A model generated the notes under the pieces. That model was not told the DNA's origin. It worked only from the letters and a program-made list of their open reading frames with translations, and made no database searches. Shown here piece by piece: positions 11,163 through 22,569 of a stretch of 64,000 nucleotides of DNA. The first letter of the stretch is position 1, and every line of letters begins with the position of its first letter. The stretch covers positions 107,944,001 to 108,008,000 of the forward strand of contig NC_087437.1 in NCBI RefSeq assembly GCF_036321535.1. Direction: 5' to 3'. Source of the stretch: Camelus dromedarius (lineage: Eukaryota). The translations under genes and the position numbers were made by a program.

Positions 11163-13266
11163 AAGTTCACTTTACAACATGGAATCTGAAATAACTGAAA
11201 AAATGGAATTTACAAAAAATGTTTTAGAATGTGTTTTACTTGAGGAATTGCCAAGAGTACCCCAGCACAGTGTTCTGTCATATGAATTTTCATAAAAAGG
11301 TGAAAATCGGTGAGGGCCACATGAGCGGAAAGAATCTAGGTATGGGTAAGTTAAGGGAACCCCATCTGATAAAAGGAACATGGATAAGTGGTGGGGATGT
11401 GTGGCTATAAAATATGCTATTGGAACCCCCTTGTTCTTTTACTCAGAAGCTTTGACACCCTCAACCTCTCTAAAGACAAAGAGAGGAAAATGTCTTTTTC
11501 CCCTAACTAGTTGTGTTCTTGTTTAAGAACAAAGCCTAAAGTTGGAGTAAACAGGAGAAGTTCTGTCTGGGAACTCCATCAGACAACTTCACCCACTGAC
11601 AGTCTGCATTCTCACTGTGCTGTTGCTACCTATACTCCTAAAATTGTGTGGGGATAACCGGGGCTTTACACTAAGTGAATTAGCAGTACAAGGTAATTGA
11701 CTTAATCTCACATGATCTCAAAAAAGACCTCCCATCTCTCCAGGTCTTGCAGCCTTTAAAGCATACTCACCAAGAGCTAGATATTTGGAATTTCCAAGCA
11801 AAAATGTTTAAAATTTTCTCTAGTCAGATACATTAAGTAGAAAATCAACTGCCTTCATGGAGTAGCCTCTAAGGCAATATGGCGACTCTTTGTTGACTCC
11901 CCCTTGTTCTAAGTGTGGCTACTGATACTGTCTCTTGCCCTTTCCTTTGCAAACCAACACCATCAGGTTAGTTTTTAGAACATAGATACCTCTTACAAGT
12001 TTGAAAAATTTAATTGATGTTAATTCATATACTACATTGGAAACTTTGAGAGAAATTTAATGTTCAATTAGCAAATAATTTCAATACTGTTTCATTTTTC
12101 ATTAATTTAACTCTCATTAATTTTATCTCAGTTGTAATCCCTGATTCTCCAACTTTTTCAGTGATTGCTTTGGATATTAGGTGTATTTTGGAATGCACAC
12201 ATCGAGTTTTCAAAAGGAAAATAAAATGAAATACTTTTTTCATCCTTGAAGTACAAGTCATGTAGTGTAAATAAAATCAATATGAATTTCCACATTAGCT
12301 CTGACTGATGGGAAAAAGACAAAATATTTTCAAAATTACTTTAAACATAAAGTAGGTTTTCCTCTCAGGATATCTCTTCACGGTTTCAGTCCCTGAAAGA
12401 GAATGAGGCATACTATGCTTAAACCTCATGAACCTTTGACACTGGTTAATATAAAGACATCAAGAACAGGTCCAGATTATTAGAGAGATCTTGACATAGA
12501 CACATTTCTTTTATAGTGAGTAATAAAAAGATTTTCTTTACTCTGAGGAGAAGCCTTTAAAGCTGGATATTACAATGTTCTCTAAGAAGGATAGAAGTTC
12601 ATTTTCATACTTCAAGGTAAATGTGTTTCACTCTATAATTTTTTCACATAGATTACACAATATAGAGACAATTTTTGGTGTCACAAAGAATGATATAAAG
12701 CAAAAACAAAATAAGTTTAGTAAGAATATAGACTGTTAAGTATTCTTCCCATAAAGGGAAGAATGAGAAATTTCTGTTAGATTAGTTTCCAAAGATGTAT
12801 TATTTAAATTAGCATATGGTGGTGCCATTTAATGTTACTAAGGGTAGACATTAAGTAATTTTTCTGTGACAAATTATTCAAGCATTTATCATATGTGCAA
12901 ATAATTTAATTCACCAGAAATGACATAAACTATAATGCAGATTACATTTACTATCAACCTTTATTTGAGGTTGAATTTTGGGATATTGTAAAATAATAGT
13001 GTAAATATATGTTATTTTTAAAATGTTTCTTTCTATTCTCCTGTTGTAATTTTATGTCCAAAGATATGAATAATCCATACAAATTCATAAATGTTATACT
13101 TAAAATGCTGTAGCACAACTATATACTGAAATGGCAGATTTGCTAATTTTAGTAGTTTATAATGATATTAATTTGTGTCACTTTTTTTTGTGACTCCAAA
13201 GCAGACTCAAGGATATCACAAAATAACTGTTTGGTTGCCTACATTTTGCTTTTCAGACATAGACTT

Positions 13267-13345
13267 GAAAAGAAGGAAAGAAAGTAAAAAAGAAAGAGAG
13301 AGAGAGAAAGAAAGGAAGAAAGAAAGGAAGAAAGAAAGGAAGGAA

Positions 13346-13409
<64 letters not shown>

Positions 13410-13500
13410 AAGAAAGAAAGAAAGAAAGGCAGAGAAAGAAAGACAAAGAAAGAGAAGAAAGGAGTAAGGAAACAAAGGAGAAAGAAAAGACAGAAGAGAG
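13267..13500 (+). repeat. Compound (GAAA)n/(GA)n/(GGAA)n purine microsatellite
   Basis: Read directly; explains the K/E/R-rich and F/L/S-rich ORFs at 13175-13546. Confidence 0.97.
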
Positions 13501-14935
13501 AATATGGAATAAATCATTAGACAATAAAATACTGATATTTATGTGATTTTGCCAGTTATGGGTGGCAATTTAAAAAATACAGTGTCTCTCAAAGTCAGTC
13601 CAAAACTACTAACATTGAACAAAAACTAGACTAGATGGCAGATAGTTCTTGAGAGATCTTGCTTTCTTATACGTATAAACACAATATTTTAAAATAGACA
13701 GGTGAGCGAAAATCTACAAGTGAGATTTTATTGGGTTTGGAAGCACACTTAATCCCAGCACACTAGCAATTCTTGGCTTCACGTTTCAGAAGTGCTGGTG
13801 CCATGTTATTCAGGAGAATGAATTTGCAGACAACACAGCAGAAACCGAATGATAGCTTTCAGGTGTTTGGGCTAGGACTATTTTCAACTATTTAACATAT
13901 TTTGCATTTCTTAAATTCATATTCCTACTCAAGCCCTAAAAGGAAGAAACAACTTTTAGATTCTGCATTTGATTTAATTAATCTTAATCTGCTATGAAGG
14001 GCCATATTTTAGTCTCCTGGATTAAAATTGAAGTAAAATTATAGGACCTGCAAGCAGGAAATAATCTAATTTTCTGGTATAAAATAAAATTTTGTATTAA
14101 AAATTTTAAAGATTAATTACACAACTTCTCAGAGAGTCATGAAACAAGAAAAAGAATGACCCTTGATATTCAACCATTACATAATTATCAGTCAGCAATG
14201 TTTTTGTTATTTTATGCAAGTTTGATTTAGCTCTGTGTTGCTGAATTTGCATTATATTGCTTCTTGCACTTCTATTAATAAACAAAAATTTTAAAAAATC
14301 ATTTCATTATCATAACATACACAGAGAAAAGGAACTAACCCTACTCTTTACTACCATAAGCATTACAAATGTACCAGTTATTAGAGATTTGACTTCTGTA
14401 ACATATCTAAAATGCTTACTTTTTTTTTTTTTGAAAGAAGAAAATATTTTGGAACTGAGATATAGTACATTGGAATTAAACTGGGATTATATTTGCTGTT
14501 TCTGTAATAGAGTTTTACATCGACATTCCAACAAGGAATTTCTTTCTGCTTCAAAATGGCTTATTTAATCATTTCAGCCGATTAGCCTCCCTAAGAAATG
14601 AAGGCATGCCAGCATTTGTGGAGGTTCCCAGAGCCCATTTTTGCCTCAGGCTTATATTTATTCTTATTACACCCATGGGCTCAGATGCCAGGTGCATACC
14701 TAGGAGAAAGAGAAAATTAATTCTAAAAGTAATAAAAATAAAATAACTAATAAAGACACAAAACTATGTAGCATATTAGGAATCTTGTTCCGTTAAAAAG
14801 CCTATTGGCTCCTTTCAGTATGTTTGTTTGAGTATTAACATTTTCCAGCAATTAGATGAGTCTCTTTTATTACTACTTCTATCCTTTGAATTAGGACAAA
14901 AATGTTTTCTCCAAGAAACATTTGATTCTAGAAAT

Positions 14936-14992
14936 CTATTTTATTTATTTTTTTTAATTGAAACAATTGATTTACAATGTCGTGTTAGTTTC
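14936..14992 (-). mobile_element. Very short L1 3' terminal stub
   Basis: T-rich tail followed by aattgaaacaattgatttacaatgtcgtgttagtttc, the reverse complement of the L1 ends seen at 35390-35415 and 48370-48402. Confidence 0.7.
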
Positions 14993-15624
14993 TTTTTTGA
15001 TGTTTACTGTAATACATAACACAAGTATAAAATACTTTATATTATTATTAAAAGTTTCTGCCACATTTCTTCATATACAGACAGTAATAGTAAAATAATA
15101 GGGCTCATATTTTTCATGGTCTTTTTAGTCTTAGAGAAGATCAAATAAATTATATAAAGTACTGTGAAAGAACCATTGATAATTATAGAAACAATCTAAA
15201 AGTATGTCATCAAACCACAATAGTAGTTCTTTATTTCTTTTTTTCATTTAAAACTGATATGAACAAAGTATTATAATACCCTTTGTTGGAGTCCAATTAG
15301 AGTTCTACTCCATCACAAACCAGAATCCTTTACCATTAAGAGATCAAAAGTATTTCTCTCCTTTGTGGCAAATGCAAATTTGATTACCTAATGTGAAAGA
15401 AGATTTGCTGGCAAAGGAAATGGATATGTTGGTACAAATCACGACAGAAAAGACTCTCTCTTTGACAGTGTGATTTGCATAGCTACATTTCCATTACTTT
15501 TATCTTTATAATGCAACCAGTATCTTTTCAGATGCAAATGCTTGACATTGACAAGCAGTTAGCATGAGATAATCTCAGATTATATGCTGTATGTGGCTAA
15601 AGGAAAGATTTAAAATGGCACATA

Positions 15625-16088
15625 TGTTACGGAAACGACAGGCCAGTCAAGAAACAAGCACCACTCGGAGGGTTGGAGTACTCAGATGTATTATGCCAGC
15701 GGGCTCGGAGGGCTTCTGCTCCGAAGCTCTGAGCACCTCCAAGACGTGCACATGAGGTTTTACAGGGTAAAGTACAAGCTTGGGGTATTCGGCAAATAGG
15801 CATGGAACAGCTTTAGCAGCATTATCATCACAAAAGTGGAGGTGGGGAGGCAGCAAACCAACATTCCAAAGCCAGATATGTATCTTTGAAAATCCAGCTG
15901 GCTAGCAAAAAAACATAAACAGCAAACCAACACTAATTAACTTAGATTTACAAGTTAGTCCAGCAGAACTCAGATCAGTATTCCAATACTTAGACTTGTG
16001 AGTTATCTTGTTAGCCCAGCCCAGCCTCTCCTTCACATTCCTAGACCTGTGAGTTATCTTGTTAGACCAGCCCGGTTTTTCCTTCACA
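15625..16088 (-). mobile_element. Solo LTR, 464 bp, ERV1-type (4-bp TSD), family not recognised
   Basis: TG...CA termini; perfect TSD CATA at 15621-15624 and 16089-16092; CpGs retained; TATA-like and polyA-like variants on the minus strand. Confidence 0.85.
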
Positions 16089-16530
16089 CATATATATATA
16101 TTTTTTGCCTCATTGACACTCTTTCCAAAGGCTTGCATAGTGACTAAAAAGGTTTCTACATCTTACCTTTGATAACATTAAACATCTAAGTAATTTTGTT
16201 TAAAAAGCATGGAAAACCAATATTAATATTAATAGCAAATTATTTAATATATTCAGAAAGGTTGATATGCATGCTAAAATATGATTCTAATGTTCCAAAA
16301 TATATTATATTGTGCACATAGGAAAGTGAAATCAAGGAAGAGTTTAGAAAATGTCTAGAAAATTGCCAGTGGGTTAAACACCCTGAAATAATTTTCCATG
16401 ATAAATAGTTCTTAGTTTTAATTTAATTATTATAAGAAAGTAATTTTAAATATATCAGCCTAAATTATGGATATATAAGAGGTAATAGCTTAATTTAGAG
16501 TATGTATTAGAGAAATACACAAGAGTATTT

Positions 16531-17136
16531 TGAAGTAGGAGGAAAGAGTCAGGGCACAACCACTGAAGGAATGGCACAGCAACTGAGGAAAGGACAAACT
16601 GGTTACAACAAAGATGGCGGAAGATTCGACTTCCAGTAGACCTTGAGCCTCATGACACACCCACAGGTGCCATGACAGTTCCTAGGCTGACCATAAAAGG
16701 TTAAGAAGTGGGTGGGGGGACGTTTCCTGGAAATCCTTGCCCCTTCCCCAAAGTAGTTGGAATAATCCTCCTGCCCATTAGCATATGAAATTACAGAGTT
16801 GATAAAACCTAATAACTCCCATACCTCATGGTCGCTCTCTTGCTCTCTCACACTCACCTTCTGAGACGGCCTGCAGTCTGTCTATGGAGTGTGTATCTCC
16901 TTTTACTTTAAACTGAACACCCCACATCTCTCGGCTTCTCTCCCTCTCACCTTTCTGAGATGGCCCACATTCTGCCCATAGAGTGTGTCTCTCCTAAGCC
17001 GTTTTCTCTTTTCAGGGAGACAGACTGCACTCTGTCCATGGAGTGTGTATCTCTCTAAATAAACCTACCTTCACTTTACCATGACTTACTCTTGAATTCT
17101 TTCCTGCGTGAGGCAAGAACCTGTTTTCCCACAACA
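16531..17136 (+). mobile_element. MER41-like solo LTR
   Basis: TG...CA termini with flanking direct repeat TATTT; MER41 hallmarks aagatggcgg, cccacaggtgccatgacagtt, gaataatcctcc...ttagcatatg, ctgtctatggagt, aataaa at 17058-17063 and ttgaattctttcctgcgtgaggcaagaacc. Confidence 0.85.
16724..16732. promoter_or_regulatory. GAS (STAT) motif TTCCTGGAA in the MER41-like LTR
   Basis: Exact TTC-N3-GAA match at the position equivalent to the MER41B STAT1 sites; binding not shown. Confidence 0.55.
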
Positions 17137-17339
17137 TATTTATGTACGGCTTACACCATAACACCTTCTGGCCTTGCCACTCATAGAATTACTACCCAAA
17201 CCAGGAGTATCATCCTCAACACTTTACAGCTTCCCATTTTTCCATATAGAAACAAACACTTCCACATTTTCTGTTTTTGTTTTTGTTTTTTTTTAATACT
17301 CACCTGGCATTTGCCTCCACTATTTCTAAACAATTGCGT

Positions 17340-18110
17340 AGAAAGAGGTAACTCAACGGACGTGGGCTCACGTTCACTTTCATGCTCCCCCAAAATGCCT
17401 GTTTTCAGGATTGTCCCTTGGCCAGCTCTTGAAGACTATGCACAGGGTGCTGGGAGTGAGAGAAACAGGGACACTCCTTTTATATTTGTTTCCTAGACTC
17501 ATATGGTCTTTCTTATCAATTAAATGATCACTGAGTCAAGAAGGTACATTCTGCATCTCAAAGGACAGTGACCTCAATCACATGAATATTACCTTCAAGA
17601 CTGGGCTTAGCTTCACTTCTAAAAACTATTACATTTTCTCAGGCCACCTCTTTTTGGATGATGTGCTATTTACTATACAATGGCTTATGTTCATTGTTAT
17701 ACCTCCTTCACCATAAAATAGGTTCCTTTACCTGAGTTTATATAATACAGAATCTCATGGCAATAGATCTGTGACCCCTCAGGTAGTGTTATTATTCTAT
17801 GTACTGTGAGCAAGAAAAACAAACTTTTACCTGAGTCCTGCTCAGGACCAATTGCTGACCTTTTTGGAAAAAAACTAAAATAATCAACTTGCAACCAAGT
17901 GGTTGGGTTGGGTAGCCTCCCCAAGAGAGTGACATATTGAGGCCCCAGTGTCTCTGATGATGACAGAATGGATACTCTGCCACAGTATAAGCTGTATCAG
18001 CCTTTGTGAGAAGGAGTCCATGCTGTTGGGCTTGCCAGCAGCCACCATGGCCACCTTCATCTTAAGCCTATTATGTACATGTAGGGTGGACATTTGCTGA
18101 ATCAATCACC
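17340..18110 (-). mobile_element. ERV-L internal fragment: decayed pol integrase
   Basis: Minus-strand translation GGHGGCWQAQQHGLLLTKADTAYTVAEYPFCHHQR (zinc-binding region), PTTWLQVDY and INSGKGTYFMVKEV resemble ERV-L integrase motifs (GHGG..AQQHGLPLTKADL, ATWWQVDY, SDQGTHFTAKEV); frameshifts and stops present. Confidence 0.85.
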
Positions 18111-18489
18111 TTAGTCTTTCAAGTATTTAGAGTATACTCTTAGTGGGTGTCCTCTGATGAATACAGATAACAATTCACCCACTTTCTACTGTGTTCATCT
18201 ACATGATTCCCACCCCCCCCCCCAAAATCAGGGAAATCAATTTAATGAAAACCGGTATCTGCCCACTCTTGATTCTCACTCCAGTTCTATGGCTCTTTTG
18301 TTGCTGTTTCAGTTCAGAGCACTGAGATTCTTCCCTCGATCCTCCCTTGTTAGATTCAGCATGTCATCTTTTGCCTGTTTCTTTAATCCTCCCCACAGCT
18401 ATGTGAGTAGGTTATTGACTAAGTTCTCCTCATTTGAACACCTGAGTTGAAATCTATTTCCTGACACACCCCTGACAAAGATGGGCATA

Positions 18490-18665
18490 TTTGAACAAAT
18501 ATTTAAGGGAAGGGATCCAGGAGAAGAGTATTTGGGATGCAGGTAACAGCAAAATCAAAGACTCTGAGATCATAGCTTTCCTGGATGTTGGAGCAACAAG
18601 AGTCTAGCATGGCCAATTAGAGCAACCAAGGAGTTGAGCAGTAAGAGGTGAGGCCAGAGAGGAAA
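18490..18665 (-). mobile_element. L2 fragment
   Basis: gcaggtaacagcaaaatcaaagactctgag...gtaagaggtgaggccagagagg follows the antisense L2 pattern. Confidence 0.6.
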
Positions 18666-18808
18666 TGTGGTATGATAATTCACTACTCCCGGCACTCACT
18701 TCCTCTGGTTCCAAAATCCAGTGCAGAATTCTGCTGGCCACACTAGCCTAACTAGCACAGACCAAAGTTGTCATATGACAGGTGATGTTTTTGTTCTAGC
18801 ATCTAAGT

Positions 18809-18997
18809 CAGGGGTCTGCAAACTATGGCCTGCAAGCAAAATCTGGTTCACCCTCCTGTTTTCGTAAATAAATTATTATTGGAACACAGACAAGAATGTT
18901 CATTAACCAAGTGCCTGTTGTGATAAAGGCAGTATGGCCCACAAAGCCTAAAATATTTACTACCTGGCCCTTTACAGAAATAATTTGCTGACACCTT
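18809..18997 (+). mobile_element. MER58A (hAT-Charlie) MITE
   Basis: caggggtctgcaaact...tttgctgacacctt termini; ggcccacaaagcctaaaatatttacta; 8-bp imperfect TSD atctaagt/gtctaaat. Confidence 0.88.
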
Positions 18998-20839
18998 GTC
19001 TAAATTATAGAAAGTGTGTGATCCTCTCTCATCAGCAAAGATATAAAAGACAATATACGATTTTGTAAATTTGCCCTTGACCTCAATCTTAAGACTTATG
19101 TCTGAGGTCCTGTTTTAATAAAGCAGTGAACACCCCAGTTCCTAATTTCTCTTCTCAAATGCCAAATGGTGTTTGTGAAGGGACCCTTTTTCTGTCTGTG
19201 GCCTTATATTCCTGGCTAATACCTTCTTCCTAGAGTACTCTGCTCTCTGACTGTCTTTGAGTTTTTTACTTCTCTGTAATTCAACCTTCTGCTAAACTTT
19301 GGCATCCTATGCTTTTATTTTCAAAAGGGTAGAGTGCTTTCTGTTCTACAGGGTGTAGGTTGATTTTGATCTCTGGGGCTTTCCCACCCTGCCTTGTTTT
19401 GCTACAGGTAATTAGACAAGGTCCTAAGCAGACACTGAGTCTGTTTGTTTAAAGATATTATTCCACTCCTATAAAGAATACCTCATTAGAGTGTAACTTC
19501 GGTTTTGATACATTCTTGTCAAGTTAATCCAATTAAGAAATCTGCATACAAATGTGCTTTCTGGTTACTGTCTTGGCTACTCATGCAGGTTTTGTTTTGT
19601 TTTGTTTTGTTAACAATTTTCCATTTTTACAGGCCCAGCCAGTGGTATGATCAATGGAAACCACAGCTTCTTTGTTAGTTGTAAAGGTCTTGGAAATCTT
19701 AGTGACAGTTATAATTGACTCATTCATGAACAACAAACTGAGAAAAAGGAAAGTGAACAGTCATCCTACAGCTGTAAAAGGAGCACAGTTTCTGTTGTTG
19801 TTTTTTAATCTGTGACCTACTAACAGCTCTATCAAGATTATTATCAATCATCATCCTCAGCAAAGCCATAAGTTTATTCAGTTCCAGGAAATGGAAGCTG
19901 ATAGCAATTACACCTCTGATTTGAGATCACATTGATCTGACTCTATAGCTTATCTCATGACATCATCAATTTTATATAGATACTAATGTTAATCTGAAAC
20001 AGTTTTTAAAACAATTAAAGGTCCTAAGTCCAGAACTGTATTTGTAAGAAACTCAGAATATCACTTGATAACTTTAACTTAATATAGTAATAGTGGCTTC
20101 CAATTCCCATAAGGGTTGTCTGGTTTTGTTTCTTAAAGATAAAACAAAAAAAAAGTTACTTTACAAACACAGTATTCAGGTTACAAGAGAACTCCTCATG
20201 TCAAACATATGCAATATAATTGTACTGCAAGAGCTGTTTCGTATAGGCATTTTCACTCAAATCACCAAATAAAAAATACATAATAATTAAAAAAAAAAAA
20301 CCTGTTCTTTATCAAATGGTTTAGCTACAGACAAGTTTCAGAATGTCTCCATAACCTGACATAATAGCTAAGGGAGACTAATGCTACTTAAAACTTTCTT
20401 TTTCTGGTTGCCTCAGTAATTTGGCTGTGATGAGCATGAAGAAGTTTTAGTTGCTAATTTGAACGTAAAAATAAAAAAATTCTCTAAACACCAAACCCTT
20501 TTGTGTGGACTGTGAATATGTTAGTAGGCTGTTTTTCAGTCTGGCAAAACTGTTAATATTTTCTCTCTAACTGGAAGATGTCAGTTACAACAAAATATAA
20601 AGTCTAGGGAAGTCTCTTTTCAATGTCAATATTTTTTGTTTTTAGAAATCCTTGCACATCTTTTGCTGTGTATGGAGGGAGAGATTTATGTGATTAGGGA
20701 ATAGTTAACTATGACAAATGGAAAGTAGTTGTATGAATAGTGTACATTTGCTTTGTGATGCTTCTAAAGGTTTGTAAAAAAAAGTATAAATTCAGTATCC
20801 ATTCACAGATATATACTTAATTATATGATATTACATTAA

Positions 20840-21055
20840 ATTAGCTAATGTTTATATAGAACCAATTATATGCCAGGTATACAACACACATCTTTTTTTT
20901 CACTTGATTGGTGTTTTATTCTTAAAAATTAAAGACAGTTGTCTCTACTTTACCAGTGAGTAAATTCAGGTTGAGGAATCTAAGGAAGTTGCCAAAAGTC
21001 AAAAAGCAGTAGAAACAGACATAAACGAGTCAGATTACAAAGTCTTTGCCTCTTT
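20840..21055 (-). mobile_element. MIR SINE
   Basis: ctctactttaccagtgagtaaattcaggttgaggaatctaaggaagttgccaaaagtc matches the antisense MIR core. Confidence 0.55.
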
Positions 21056-22569
21056 TCCTAAACTAGGGTATGTATTAAGAATTTTTATCTGAATTGCTTA
21101 AATGTGGGCATAAAAATCTCAAGTACATAATAATTTTAGTTTCTGTTTCCACATATATGAAAACCAATTAGTGGTTTTCCACAACTGAGAACAAAATGGT
21201 AAAAGAAAAACTTGGTATTTTCAGTTACCTTTATAAATTCTGATCTGAAATTATTTTACAAACAACTCGAATTTACCAGCTTGTTGTACACTCAGTAATT
21301 ACATTTTGGTACAGTGGCTTTTACCTGAAATCTGCATTATATAAAAGGCATTACCATAAAAGGAAACAGGTTTTAATGAGTAAGCTACACAGACGTTTTC
21401 ATCTCACACTTAACAATGAATATTACTGTTCTTATAATTTGCACTTCTCAGTCATAAGACATCCTTTTGTGATTGTCATAATTGGTCTAATGAATTTCTA
21501 AAAATAAATGAAAGTCTAATTTGATCCAGTGCCCATGAACAATCCACTCATTCACATCCAAATCACTGACCTGATTTGAAGACAAATCACGCCAAAATGA
21601 AGTCATGCTTTTCTATTAAGTGTGTTGCCTCAGTAAGAGCTTTTGAATAGCTTGCTCTTAGGTTTGAAGTGGGGATTTCCAGTGACAAAGAAACACAACT
21701 TGATCTCATAACCCTAGACACCACAGACTTATTTTAAATGATAGAAACTTAAGATTGGAAGAAAATCTGAGTCATTATTCAGTCAGTGTTTTCCACCCAG
21801 TGGAAAAATTCCTGATCACCTTGGATTTGGTTAGTTTAGGAACATGACAGGGTACTCTACTGGTGGCAGAGTTAAACATTTGAACAATTTCTCTAGCTGG
21901 GCAAAGATCAATACCTCTGAATGTCTAACACCCTTTATCACAGAATTATTCATCCAAATGTTCTCTTATGTTGAAATTTTCTACACTGGAATTTGTTAAA
22001 GATCTTTAAAAAAAAAAAAGGACACATTTTATTGTGTTAAATCACTAATCTCTGGTTAGTAGTGTTTGTGTGAGAGAGAGAGAGAGAAAAAAGTGGGGGG
22101 GGGGCTTAAAATGAATAATCAAATTATCAGATTTTAAGAGAGATTTATCCCAGATCACCTGTGTTTTTCATAATTCCCTGAATGGTGGATGAAATTAAAC
22201 TATGACCTTAGTTTTGTATTTCATCTTTGGCCACCAGCATATGGGCATCAGTCATCATACTGCTTATGAACACTAATCGTACTACTGTATAAGATGAAAA
22301 TTTATTGAATGCTTTCACTAAGAATAAAATTTTCTTACACTAGCCAAAATTCTGTCAATAATTTTCTCTAGTGTCTATCATCAGCCAAAACTTTAACAAT
22401 TTTGCAAAATCAGATTCCAAAATTTGACATTCCATATGGCATTCACCCACCAAAACCCCCAAGACAGGATAATGTTAAGAATGAGGGATAGGGCCTAATA
22501 CATTAAAACAAACAAACTAACAAACAAATTGAATGATTTCTTCATGAGAGTTAATAGAAATAGGAAAAT

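Noticed and set aside
13175..13546. 123-aa K/E/R-rich ORF and antisense F/L/S-rich ORFs
   Set aside because: These are translations of the (GAAA)n microsatellite
15987..17055. Short direct repeats with spacers suggestive of a CRISPR array
   Set aside because: Mammalian DNA; the repeats are two or three diverged LTR-internal duplications with no cas genes
19600..19720. Strong-looking splice acceptor ttaacaatttttccatttttacag
   Set aside because: The frames I read close within about 30 codons and no convincing donor follows; such sites are common in intronic DNA
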